DNA of 64,000 nucleotides, from NCBI GenBank assembly GCA_965178125.1, contig OZ237748.1:682001-746000 (forward strand), written 5' to 3'. Position numbers and translations under genes: made by a program. The DNA comes from Bilabrum cf. latius. Lineage: Eukaryota. Within the stretch, counting starts at the first letter, position 1; each line of letters starts with the position of its first letter. Of the stretch, positions 44,279-56,488 are shown piece after piece. The notes beneath the pieces are model-generated. The model was not told the DNA's origin. It ran no database searches and worked only from the letters and a program-made list of their open reading frames with translations.

Positions 44279-44645
44279 GCCCGGCTGGGTGACTTGGGGG
44301 GGGGGGGGGGGTTGTGCCTCTGTTACGATGTGGAATAAGGGCACTGAGAAGAGGATGCGGTTGATCGTGCCATGGTTTGAACAGTCTGATTTAAAGTCGT
44401 TGACACACCCCTGCCTGGAGGTAGCACGAGTGTACAGAACTCCACAGAGCCACACTAAGTCGGAGTCACAAGATCATGCATCTATACAGGATTGTCTGGC
44501 CAACGCATTGATACGTCCGGACCACGGCCAAGACCGGGTGACTTCATAGCCCCCGCGTAGCATGTCATTTTGATCACATGAATGGATCGTTCTCTCTTGG
44601 CATCGGATCGTTGGCACAAGTGTACTGGAGCGAAGACCGCCTCCC

Positions 44646-46058
44646 TCACTTCTCCTAGGACTGGTTCAAGTAATCGAACACGGCCGTTTCCATCGGGTTT
44701 CCCTCAGGAGGATACCCAGTGATCGGAGTATCCTCATACTAGACCGGGTATGGATTTGTCTGCCAAACTTCTTTGCGCGAAGCCTGCAGCTGCAGGGACA
44801 GGGTGATGTCATATAACTTCAGCTACTCGGCCGTGGGTCGCATGTAGGACGTGTTGATGCTCCACAGATACGCCCCGCTGTCCATGTCCACGAGGGCAAG
44901 ATCTCCCGTGCGGTCGCACTCCTCCCCCGTGATGACGAGTGCGCACTTCTGGGCCTTGCCCCGAGTATCCGTCTTCCAGCTGAGTTCTCCTCTGTAGTTC
45001 ACCTCCACCAGGTTGCAGTCGTCCTGCATCGTCAGAGTGGCCTTGCTGTCGCCCCCCTTCCGGAGCGACTGCCCCATGGCCAGCACCTGAGTGTCCCACA
45101 GAGTGCGCTCCTTGGCGGCGGGTCGCTTGGCGAGCTTCTTTGGGTCGCATCTCGGAGCCGATTTGATGGCCGCCTGCAGCGCCTTCATCTTGCGACCATT
45201 GCCGAAGGTCTTGTCGTCGTCAGGACTGTCCAGGTCCGCCGACCCCGCAGACCACGCGATAGCACCCCCCTGCTGGAACAGGACGGCATTCCCGTCCCCT
45301 TGCAGACGAAGGGTGTCTGCACCCGGGTCCATCAGCGAGGTAGGCACCCGCCAGATGTACTGCCCGGAGGCACTGTCCACGATGGCCAGGTCGCCCTAGG
45401 TGTCGCACCCGTCCCCCGTGATGACGAGTGCGCACTTCTCATCGGTACCCTTACCCCTCGTGTTGGTCGCAAACACGTCCTTGCCCCCTCGGTACACCAC
45501 CAGGTTGCAGTCTCTCTGCATGCGCAGCTCGGCCCCCTCGCCCGCCTTGAGGGCGGCCCCGGCTTGCAGCACCTGCCCCGGAGACAGCACGTCGCCGTCG
45601 GTCACTTGGTGGTATGACGACTGCATGGCCCCTGCATCGCACTGCAGGTTGTGCACGTCCTCACGCACCTCCAGATCGTAGTGGAAGAGCCCCAGCCACT
45701 TAGGTTTGGGACCAGGCGAAGAATCTGTTTGTGTGCTCCACAGCAGCTGCGCGCCTTCCTGGAGGAGGACGACATTGCCGTCCCCCTGGACCAGAAGAGT
45801 GTCCGCCTCGGGTGTGAAAATAGAGGAATGCACTCGCCAGAGGTACTTGCCTGTATCCGTGTCGATGATGGCCAGGTCTCCCTGCGTGCTGCACGATGCA
45901 TCCGTCATGAGCAACGCGCAGTGGCCGTCATGCTCCTCGCGGTTACCCGAGACGAACAATTCCGCTTTTCCATTGGCATCAACGACCAGTTTGCAGTCGT
46001 CTCGGACCCGCACCTTCGTCGAATCCTTGGACAAAGCGTTATCGGACGAGACGTGGGT
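44646..46058 (-). CDS. Bulb-type (GNA/B-lectin) repeat protein; 5' part cut off by the virophage insertion
   Basis: QxDxNxV motifs VQGDGNVVL, MQRDCNLVVY, LQGDGNAVLF, MQDDCNLVEV in three internal repeats. The frame stays open (TAG only) from the element boundary to TGA 44646-44648. Confidence 0.75.
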
Positions 46059-46159
46059 TGTTATCCGCCAAAATGTGGAGTTATGATAACTCTATTTCTA
46101 CTATATAGTAGAAATAGAGTTTACTTATATAAAAACTACACACATTTTGGCGGATAACA
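46059..46159. repeat. Terminal hairpin: 19-bp inverted repeat enclosing a 34-bp perfect palindrome
   Basis: TGTTATCCGCCAAAATGTG (46059-46077) pairs with CACATTTTGGCGGATAACA (46141-46159). Palindrome AACTCTATTTCTACTATATAGTAGAAATAGAGTT at 46088-46121. Confidence 0.9.
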
Positions 46160-47544
46160 TAAGAGGTCAATATTAACCACTTCACAACATCTTAAGCCGT
46201 AGTCCTTCATAATGTCCTTCACTTGAACATAATAATTTAATAGCTATTTATTCATATATCTACCTAATTTAATACCTTCGCGCCGTTAATGTCTATCTGT
46301 TAGACCTTTACTTTACTTAATCTGTTGAGTGAATCCCTAGCCTAAGTCTTAGGATATGCCCGCCCGAAATTGCGGAAATATATAGTCATTTAAGAATATA
46401 TGTTCGCAATTCTGGGCGCGTAGGTGTATTGAGTTTTATATTATGATTTGGTTTTAAGTATCAATTGACATTTACCACTTTAGAAAATAACTAAATAAAT
46501 ACTTAAAGAGATTGACAGAAGTATTAAAGTCTTTTTAATACTTCCAATGAAAAATTTAAATTAATAAATAAAACTAAACTAATATATCAACTTAATTTAT
46601 CTCTTTTTTTATTACTTGTCAATCTATACTTAAATAATTGAATATTTAAATATAACTAGAAGGAGATATTAATCACTTTATAAAGTCTTTTATATGTCAT
46701 CTCTTCAAAACTTCAAATATAAGGGTATCCCCTTAAAAATACATTCTTTTATCTATCGCCCGAAATTGCGGTAATATTATAGCTATTCAAGATATATTTC
46801 TGCAATTCTGGGCGCGTAGGTGTATTGATTTTTATTTTTCATAATTCTTTAAATATGTTAAAGTCCTTTGTTTGAGTATATGATATAAAGGAATACAAAG
46901 CGGGATAACTTAAAAATGATAAATGTTTTGACGATGACTTTAAAATGACTCAATGAACTGGTTTATGTCAAGTGTATTACTTTGAAATGATTAATCACTA
47001 GATTAAATGGAAAATATAGGATAATAAAATATGGTATAGTATAATACTAGCGCCCGAAATTGCGGTAATATATTAGGATATTAAGATATATTGTCGCAAT
47101 TCTGGGCGCGTAGGTGTATTGAGTTTTATATTTTGTTAATTTTGACATAGTTATCTTATAGAGGTGTAATTTTGTAATAAAGATATTTCTAGTATGTGCT
47201 ATATTAAATGTCCAGAAATGACGGCCCGAAATTGCGGAAATATATTAGGATATTAAGAGATATTGTCGCAATTCTGGGCGCGTAGGTGTCTTCAATAATT
47301 AATAATCAACTACTTCTTTATTTTGATTAATTTTTTTGACTTACCGTTCATTTTATTGACCACTTAACGGGATATCACAAAAAGACTTAACCACTTGACG
47401 AGATATTTTAAAATAACTAATAATAAATATGACCGCCCCAAATTGTATCTCCAGATATGACCGCCCCAAATTGCGGAAATATATAAGTATCAAGAAAATT
47501 ATGTTTGCAATTCTGGGCGCTCACCCGTATTCAATTTTACATAT

Positions 47545-47754
47545 TCACTAACTCATACCACTTGAAGTGGTCCATTTGATCTTGTGTTCATATTTAGAAT
47601 GTCCTTTAACTTGTATCAATGTATTGAGTACTTCTTCTAACTAGTCCTTAACAAATGATTTTGTCTTATGATATGTCTTGGTAGTCTTCACCTATTTAAT
47701 AACTAATTTACAAGTCTTACCGACAATATACTAAGTTAATAAATCTTGTATCAT
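47545..47754 (-). CDS. Small viral hypothetical protein (69 aa)
   Basis: ATG to TGA with 4 internal TAG and no TAA/TGA in AT-rich DNA; head-to-head with the gene at 47763. Confidence 0.55.
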
Positions 47755-47762
47755 AATATATT

Positions 47763-48170
47763 ATGTATGAGATAATTATTGATGGATTCAAATATAAACC
47801 CTCTACTCGTAGAAATAAGAAATATGATGTATTCAAAAATGGTAAGTATATCACTAGCTTTGGTGATGCACGATATGCTCAATACTTTGATTTGATTGGT
47901 AAGTATGGAGATAATAACCATATTGACCCTAAAAGACGACGCCTATACTACCGAAGACACGGGAAGACTACCGATACTAATAGCTCAAAATATCACAGTC
48001 ATAAAATCTTATGGGGAAGTGATAATGCTATTAAGGACTACTTAACAAAACTAGCCAATGGAGTATTAGATGTAAAAAGGTATGTTAAAGGGGATACTTT
48101 GGAAAAATGGTTAGATGACTATAGGTCTAAAGTGGACGCAAGACTGAAACAATTAAAAATATTAAATTAA
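47763..48170 (+). CDS. Tlr6F-like (DUF5754-like) protein
   Basis: KKYDV...SFGD..Y..Y...H.DPKRRRLYYRRH...S.KILW pattern typical of this virophage/PLV/giant-virus family. Confidence 0.7.
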   Translation: MYEIIIDGFKYKPSTRRNKKYDVFKNGKYITSFGDARYAQYFDLIGKYGDNNHIDPKRRRLYYRRHGKTTDTNSSKYHSHKILWGSDNAIKDYLTKLANGVLDVKRYVKGDTLEKWLDDYRSKVDARLKQLKILN

Positions 48171-48327
48171 AAAGTCAATACGCCTAAACGCCCAGAATTG
48201 CGAAAATATATCTTGAATAGCTATAATATTACCGCAATTTCGGGCGCCCAAATTTGAATCGAGCTTAAGACATCTCGTTTAATTAGACTTAAAAATAATA
48301 TATTATTATAGTATATACTATATTATA

Positions 48328-48861
48328 ATGTGCTATAAATGTCGTAACTTCATAATCAATAAGCTAAAGATTAATGACTGGAATAAGATAGCCCCTCTAT
48401 TAATACCAGCTGGAGAGACTAGAGAAGAAGACGGAAAGTGTATCTGTGATCACCAAATTAAGGAAGTTCATTTCGTTGAGTATCCCCCAACTGGTGATAT
48501 ATTTAAATTAGGTTCTGAATGTATTAATAACACATTCGAAAAGGATCATGATGTGTATAAGGCTTGTATGTATAAGACTTGTGATGTATGCTCTTGTGTT
48601 GTTAAAAAGTCAAGTTATAGCAGTCATATTAAGTCCATCAAACACGAAATGAATGAAGACATATTAAAAGAGAAAAAGAGATGCACTGATTGCGAAGACT
48701 GGATTGAAAAGACCTCTTGGAAAAAGACTTGTCTTAGTTGCTATTACAAAAAGAAAGGATACAAATAGTGTAAAAGGTGCGAGAGGTATCTATTAAAACC
48801 TGATACCACTTATTGGTATTGCTTTACATGCTACTCTAAAAAGAAGAAATATAAGAAGTAA
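48328..48861 (+). CDS. Cys-rich zinc-ribbon/finger protein
   Basis: CICDH...GSEC, CDVC...H, CTDC...CLSC and, after TAG 48766, CKRC...CFTC; ends TAA. Confidence 0.7.
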
Positions 48862-48918
48862 TACTCGTTTAATTAACGCCAATATATACTATTAAATTAC
48901 ATATATTTAATAATATAA

Positions 48919-49584
48919 TTAAGTGGATGTCTTAACCTTAGACTTCTATTCTTTTAATTGCTTTCTTTTAAGTCTTCGTCTTTCGTTTATCTTGTCTTTA
49001 TTCTTGTGATAGTAGTCAAGAGAATATTTTTTTAGTTTTTCTTTATTATTTTCTTCGTACTTTTTATGATTTTCTTTTATTTTGTCTCTATTTTTGTCTC
49101 TATACTACTGCATCATTTCTTTATTATTCGAATACTTTAGATTTTGACGTTCATTTATAATATGTCTATTCTTTTCGGCGTATAGTCTTTGCTTAGCGAC
49201 TATATTGCCTCTATTATCATCATAGTATTTTCTCCATCTTTTCTATCTCTATTCTTTTGTCTCATTGTAATACTCTTTTCTAGTTCGTCCTGCAATACAC
49301 TTATTGACACATTTATATTTCCTGATATACCCTCCTTCAATCTTGCCTAACTCTTCTCTATCTTTGCACGGACATTTTTCTACTAATTCAATTTTTACAT
49401 CACCTAAGTCATAAATAATGAATGAAGTAATAAAAGGATATTCTCCTTTCTTATAATTCTTATAGTCTTTTGTGTGTCCTCCCTTTCTCTAGCTCAATGT
49501 CTAACAAGTAGAGCCATAATATACTTTTGAAGGATCATTAAGTGAGTAAAGTCTGTATATCTTTGCATTTGAGAAATTTACCAT
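48919..49584 (-). CDS. GIY-YIG endonuclease (not in the ORF track)
   Basis: AKIYRL...VYYGSTC*TLS*RKGGH...IELVEKCPCKDREEL..IEG.YI...CVNKCIAGRT followed by a K/E/Y-rich tail; * = TAG. Confidence 0.85.
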
Positions 49585-49682
49585 TGTTTAAGGTTGGTTT
49601 ATATTGTTATTAGTTGTTTTATCTTTAAGTCAATGTGTGTTTTATTCTATTAAGTTATTTTCGCCACTATATATATATAGAT

Positions 49683-51338
49683 ATGTCAAACAAAGGCAAG
49701 ACATACACTAGAGGTAAAATATCTTACACGTACGGTGATAAGCCAACAAAAAATCAAAAAGATAGTGATGATTTAGACGCCACTATTAAGGGACTACTTG
49801 ATAAAGGGTTTGAAGAGGTGCCAACCACCAAAGCTAGTATTAAAAAGCTACCTTTATACTCTTATATATCGTACATCTCAAATATCAAGGGAAAGCCATT
49901 GTTTAGAAGAGGTGGGATTATTAACTCAATATAGAAGGATGGAGACTATTTTACCTTGTATAACCTAATAAATAAAGTTCATTTTAGTGTTCAATAGTCT
50001 AACCTTGTTCGCCTTTTTTATAAGATGACTAAAGCTTAGACAAAAAAACTTAATAAACCAACCGGTAAATTAATAGAAATAGAAGACAAACCAAAGAAAG
50101 ACGAATTTAAATATAAGCCAATATTAAAGAAACTATATTATGAAGAAGGTAATGTAGTCAGTCGTGATGCGTTATATGACCTAGCTAGACAAAAAGATAG
50201 GAGAATAAAACGAAGACAAGTTGAAAAGTGGTTAAATGGCCAAATGCTACACTAGCTCACGAAAAAACGACCTAAACAGTCAGCAGTAAGTTCTTTTGTA
50301 CCTACTAAGCCTTTCTCAATTTACGCCTTGGACTTAATAGACATGCAAAAGTATTCAGACACTAATGACGGCTATAATTGGATATTAAATATAATGGATA
50401 TATTCACAAAATACCTATGGAGTATTTCATTAAAAGATAAGACATTAGTTAATATAATTCGTGAGATGAAGAAACTATTTAAGAAACCTAATTGGAGAAA
50501 ACCGACTGTTATGTTAAGTGATAATGAGTTTAATAAAGAGGCATATATTAAATTTATGAATGACAATGACATAAAACCACTATTCACCATCGCAGGAAAT
50601 CCATAGTCTAATGGTGCAGTTGAAAGACTTAATAGGACTATAAAAGAATAGATTAGAAAAGACTTTGCTATTAAGAATGACAGTGATGGTGTTTGGCATA
50701 CGTCATTATAGAGACTAGTAAGAGCTTATAATAAGAGAAAACACAACACTATAGGAATGTCTCCACTAGAAGCAATGAAACCCGAAAATTTAGAAGTAGT
50801 TAGATCTAGAATTGAAAATAAGAAATTATCCAATAATTTCGACGGGAATGATAAAGATCTTAATGTAGGGGATAGAGTTAGAGTATTACTTGAGAAGAAC
50901 AAGTTTAAAGGAAATTTATTTAATTGGTCTAGAGAAGTCTTCACTGTTAGATAGAAGACCAAACCAAGAAATCCTAAGTAGAGGATTAAATATAAAGTAA
51001 TGGACAAAGAGGGAGAACCTCTTACTGGATTCTTTAATGCTTCACAGTTATAGAAAATAGACAATGTAGAACACGAAGATAAGGTAAATGATGACATAGA
51101 CAAGGAAAGTGAAGAGCCTGAAATTGATAATGTTGAAGGTTTAGAAGTAGAACCAGACACAATAGAGAAGTTTTTAGATAAAAGACAAAATAAAGATAGA
51201 CTTATTGAATACTTAGTCAAATATAAGGGATATTCTAATAAGTTTAATGAATGGATTACCCGTAAGAAATTAGAATAGGATTATGGGAAAGACCAAATAC
51301 GACCACTTGCGAAAGACTATTCTGATAGATAGAGATAA
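49683..51338 (+). CDS. Retroviral-type (rve, DDE) integrase with C-terminal chromodomain
   Basis: DLIDM, DIFTKY, SDNEF, NP*SNGAVERLNRTIK, YN...H.TIGMSP, VGDRVR, NWSREVF; chromodomain IEKFLDKR...EYLVKYKGY...NEW; ends TAA. Confidence 0.92.
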
Positions 51339-51568
51339 TTAATCTAGTAATATACTTTATGGCATAATACCAGCGCCCCAAATTGCGATAATATATTAGG
51401 ATATTAAGATATATTTCCGCAATTCTGGGCGCGTAGGTGTATTGATTTTTATAATTTTATCATTTTATGTTAGCCAGTGTATAGATACGACTTTTGAAAT
51501 ATTAATTTTTTCTAGTATTTACCATATTAATATAAAACAAAGTCAAAGAAATTATTTATAATAAGTAT

Positions 51569-52249
51569 ATGGAATTGTTAAATATAACAAGATACAAAAA
51601 TAAAGACCTTCTAAAAAGAGTAGTCAAGTTAAGTGAAAAGTACAAGTGGTCTCGTGATGACTTAAAAATGTTATGGATTAACAAGCATTATTCAAGTTTA
51701 TAGGGTGAAATAGATGATGAAGGGGACGAGATAGCAACTATAAATTTAGTGAGACAACCGTCTAAAATAGAACCTATCTAGTTAAAACCTCCACAATTAG
51801 AACGACAATAGGCTATATTGGAAGATGTTGAATTAGATAGCGAAGACATAGAGGATAATAAAGAGGAAGACTATTTGAATGATACATATAGTGATACAAG
51901 TAGTGAAGTAGTGAGTGAAGTCATTGAAGAGAAACCAATTAAAGAGAAACCAAAACCAAAAATCAATATTAGTGATCTTACAGTGAGTGATAAACCTGAA
52001 TATGTTTATTGTGTAGAGATTAATGATACAAAGGTATATTTTAACAAAAAGAATACATAGACTTATCCTGATGCTTTAAGAAGAGGTAAATCACACGCTG
52101 ATAAAATGAGAAAGCGAGTATTAGGACATATTCATTTTGATGAGACCGATATGTATGACAGCAACTTATGGTATGCTAAAGTGTGCTGGGGTGATAGTGA
52201 TAAAATTCATGATAACTTTACAAAGTTTAAAAATATCTTATTAAAATGA
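51569..52249 (+). CDS. Viral hypothetical protein; acidic middle, C-terminus weakly Tlr6F-like
   Basis: Continuous frame with TAG only; ends TGA. Confidence 0.65.
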
Positions 52250-52268
52250 CCACTATATATATAGGTAA

Positions 52269-52775
52269 ATGAAAAACACAATTTGGAAGTTTTTAAATGA
52301 ATACTTTGATGTCTTTAGTTTAATACTTAAAATACGAGACGAAAACCCTAGTGATGTCATAAGTACTATAATAGCAATGTATGAAGAGAGCGAAATAGAA
52401 GACCCAAAAGAGATCCATAAACATATGAGTGAAATACGTCATAACTTGGAACTTAGATTTAAAACAAAGTATGTTGAAGTATTAAGCACAGATCACGATG
52501 ACAAAGCAGAAAGTTATCTCCATCTTAATAATATATTATGTAATATTGAAGGAGAGCAATATGTGGAGGATAGCAAAATCAAGATGTCCGAGAAAAAACA
52601 AGTATTTATAAAGACTTACGGTGATGTGGATAAATTCAACGAGACGGTCCAAGAGATGGAACAAGAAGACGAAAAGACTAAAACAGGAGTAGAAAAAGAA
52701 ATAGATCAAAAGTTAAGTCTATTATGTAATACTTCTAAACAACCAGACAATATTTGTCTAGATTATAAATTGTAA
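52269..52775 (+). CDS. Viral hypothetical protein (168 aa)
   Basis: ATG to TAA ORF preceded by the CTATATATATAG motif. Confidence 0.7.
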   Translation: MKNTIWKFLNEYFDVFSLILKIRDENPSDVISTIIAMYEESEIEDPKEIHKHMSEIRHNLELRFKTKYVEVLSTDHDDKAESYLHLNNILCNIEGEQYVEDSKIKMSEKKQVFIKTYGDVDKFNETVQEMEQEDEKTKTGVEKEIDQKLSLLCNTSKQPDNICLDYKL

Positions 52776-52887
52776 TATCAGTATGTATTTTAATTATAAA
52801 AATACAAATTGACAGGTTAGATACGACCGCCCCAAATTGCGGATATATTATAGCTATTCAAGATATATTTTCGCAATTCTGGGCGTC

Positions 52888-53202
52888 TCACCGTGTTGAT
52901 TTTTCCACACGTTTTAACTCATTCATAATTTCTAAATCAAGTAAGCCATTAATAATACGAAAATCTTTGTAATCTTGCGCCATCTAAAACATTCCTTCAT
53001 ATTTAGGCAACATAGCCATTTTAAGACCTAGGATAGACTTAATATCTTCGTAGGTAATAATCTAGTCTTTTTCTACTTCTTTTAGCTCTTCAACTTCACA
53101 AATACGAAGGTCCTTTCCATCAAAAAATTGATCAAAAGCTGTCTTTACCTTTTTTAATATATTGTTCAAACTTTTTATGTTATAAATATTATTAAAGTTC
53201 AT
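52888..53202 (-). CDS. Viral hypothetical protein (104 aa)
   Basis: ATG to TGA with TAG read-through; the stop lies in the tail of a hairpin repeat copy. Confidence 0.6.
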
Positions 53203-53358
53203 TTCTATATATATATAGTAAATATTTTTTGGCGGAATAATTAAACTTAGGATCTAACCGCCCGAAATTGCGGAAATATTATAGCTATTCAAGATATATT
53301 TGTGCAATTCTGGGCGCGTAGGCGTATTGACTTTTGTATTATTTTGTATTTATTTGTA

Positions 53359-53997
53359 TTATATTTGGTACCCTAACTAGAGGCAATTCCTCAATTTATC
53401 GTGAAGCTATTCGTAAGTATTATAAATGTAATAGCTAGAAGGGTTCAACTCTTTGATATAAGAGTTACGGTCTTCTAACATAGACTTCTATTTATCTACT
53501 TTCTAATTCTTTAAAGTCTTCTAGAATAGTGAATTAGATGGAAGACATACAACTATACTTTCTTTTTTAAATAACTCATTAGCTAGACTTAACTCTTTAG
53601 TAAAGAATATTACTCTCTTCTCGCTACCTTCATTCAACCAGTTATCTTTTACCCATTGAAGGGCTTCTTTACTGGCTTTTCTATTAAGTATATTATAATT
53701 ACCCCAATCACTTTTTAACTTACATTCGTCTAGTTTCATAAGTAATTCGGGCTCCTAGACATATACTCCTAGAGTACTATCTAAATCAACAAGTAAACAG
53801 TCTTTAGAACTAGACCGTAATATTTGACAAGCGGTAGACTTACCACTACCTTCAGGCACACAGATACATATTTTTTTACGTTTATGTAAAGGTTTATCCC
53901 ATAACCACTACCAACAAGACATACCACCAGAGTATGCTAGAGGTAGTAAGACACTTAAACCTCCTACAACGACACTGCTTGAACTGATTCCATCCAT
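53359..53997 (-). CDS. P-loop NTPase/kinase-like protein with hydrophobic N-terminus
   Basis: VVVGGLSVLLPLAY; ICICVPEGSGKST; LLVDLD; many internal TAG; ends TAA. Confidence 0.65.
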
Positions 53998-54040
53998 TTT
54001 ATTATATTAATAAAAAAGATATTTCTATAATTAAACTCAA

Positions 54041-54763
54041 TTATCCTGTTAAGAAAATACAAGGTACGACTTTATATTCTACTCCATTAGCATCAGTAGA
54101 AGTACCACTTGAAAAGTCTTCATCTACTAGAGCTTTTGCTACAATAGTCTAATCAACAGAGACTGGTTGAGGATTAGGCGCATAGACATATCCACTATCA
54201 GAGCTATTAATTAAGTAATCACCCGCACTTACATCTCCTCCATTTTTATTTACTTTCACAGCTCCATCACCTAAAGATGCCACAAGTACTTTACCATCAT
54301 CATGGTGTTCTCCTACATATACTCCAAAAGGTGGTGAATGTTGAGATGCTTGACTTACGACATATTCATTTGTAGTGGGTCCTTTATTAATTACACTATC
54401 AAGAGTAACCACTGACCCAATACCAGCTGGTAAACTAGAAGCAACATCACTACAAGATGCAACATGTGTACCGGTAAATGATAAGAAGTTGGTTGCTGTC
54501 ATAGTACTGGTTTGAGTTCCATCACCTGCGACATTAATTGAGATAGATGCACCTGCTGATGCTGAGTTTTTACCTATTCTCCATGTGAAAGACTTAGCAT
54601 CTTCATTAGTACCACTCATAATATAGGGTAGTGATTGACCATTGAAGTTAAGTCCAAAGTTAGCGACTCCATCAAAGCCTTCTGCTTTAATTGATTCTAC
54701 TTCAATAGACTTACTCTTTAATTCATATTCATTTTTGTTTAAGAGATTGTATATTCCTGCCAT
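54041..54763 (-). CDS. Putative fibre/spike-associated protein with viral C-terminal chaperone-like domain
   Basis: SFTGTH...VASLGDGAVKV...GDYLINSS..GY...TIVAKAL..DF...C resembles C-terminal domains of phage and giant-virus fibres. Confidence 0.55.
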
Positions 54764-55006
54764 TACTTATATTATATTAGCTAGACTAGATATTTTTTTT
54801 TTAAATTACGAGATTTTAAAAAGTTAGTAGTATAAGATATAGTATAATACTAGCGCCCCAAATTGCGATAATATATTAGGATATTAAGATATATTTCCGC
54901 AATTCTGGGCGCGTAGGCGTATTGATTTTTATAATTTAGTCATTTTTAATATAGCCACCTCTTACAATGTAATATTTTTAAATTAAAATATTATAGTATA
55001 TACCAT

Positions 55007-56449
55007 TTAAAGACTTCTTAATCTTGAATCTAACCAAGATATTAGAGTATCAAGTCTCTTATTAAGACCTGAACCTTCACCAGTCTTACTTTCACTTGCT
55101 CCACTAGATGATTGACCTTGTGCTTCTTGTTCTTGTTCTTCCCGTTCTTGTGCTGCTCGTGCTGCTCTTGTTCTTGCTTCTTGACCTTTACCAAGATCTT
55201 CACCTGCATCGCTTGCTACAAATTCTCCATCTGGTTGTCTTTCTAATAGTGTCCCTTCTGTCTCATCATCTAAAGGTTCATTACCTCTTGCTATCTATTC
55301 AGCAGCTTCATTCATTACATCACTTAATGCGGCTTCTCTTCGTAAGTCTGGATCTTTTTCCTTAGCTCGTCTAAGTCTTTCTTTAAGTGGAGTTCCTGAC
55401 GGTTCTGCACGACTAAATGGGTTTGTTTGTCTTTTTCTAAGTGATAATTGTCTTTCAATATCTTTCTTTGCGTCATCAAACTTGATTCTATTTAAATTTA
55501 CAAATCTAGTTTTACTGTCAAGTCCCGATTGTCTTCCAGTCTTAATATCTTGAAATAAGCTCTATAAATCATAATACTACATATCATCTATTGGCACACC
55601 ATCATATTCATCACCTAATAGTGCTTTAAGTCTATCTTTTAGTACTGGTGCTTTAGATGTGGCTTTTGTTTTATAAATATCATTTATTGCTTCCATTCTT
55701 TTATTAAGTACATCTCTTTTTAGTTTAACTCGATCAGTTTGGCTTCGTAATCGTTCCAAAGCATAGCCTTTTGACTTTTTATCTCCTAATCTTTCTAATA
55801 GAGGTACTATTTGTGTTCCTTTTGCTCTTTGTCTAACTTTTACAAGTCTTGATGCCATTGAATTAAGTTGAGCCTTAGAGAGACCATTTAAAGTTGAATC
55901 ACTTACACCTCTCTCTTTAAGAAACTTCTTCAACTAGTCTACTGTTAAGTCATTCTCTAAGTCTTTGACATCTTTAGGTAAATTGTCTATCTCTTCTGCT
56001 TCAATAAATAAGTTATTTAATGCGTCGTTAAGTTTTGACTCAGCTTTACCTTTTTGAAATAGAGTATTAGATGAGTTCATATATGGAATATTCTATATCA
56101 TCTTAGCAATAGCTTCAGCATCTTCATCAAGTAGTTCATTATCTTTAGCTAGTCTTACAACTTGATCTATATCTGCTACTTTATACTTTTTACCTTTCTT
56201 ACTGTTATCTTTAACTCTTTTTAAAGTCCTTTTCATAAGATTTGCTATTCTTTTTAATTTTCTCTTTTCTTCTAATGGCATAAAGTCCTCTTCTAATTGA
56301 ATTTTTTGTTTTCGTTTAGCTTCTCCTATAGCTGCTCTTATGGCTCTCTCTTCGTTTCTTACCTTTCGTCTTGCTTGACTTGTAGGGGCTCTACTTTCCA
56401 CAAGTCCATCGAGTAAGTCTTCCAATACTGCTGTTCTTTTTTTAGACAT
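55007..56449 (-). CDS. Charged coiled-coil viral protein (~480 aa)
   Basis: ORFs 56093-56449 and 55577-55933 are in frame and joined by TAG; E/Q-rich C-terminus; ends TAA. Confidence 0.65.
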
Positions 56450-56488
56450 CGTATAATTATATTATGATAATAGATAATATTATTAAAT

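Noticed and set aside
46361-47535. Canonical CRISPR array
   Set aside because: Repeats (~70 bp) and spacers (100-330 bp, irregular) are too long, the same repeat is dispersed between genes, and no cas genes are present.
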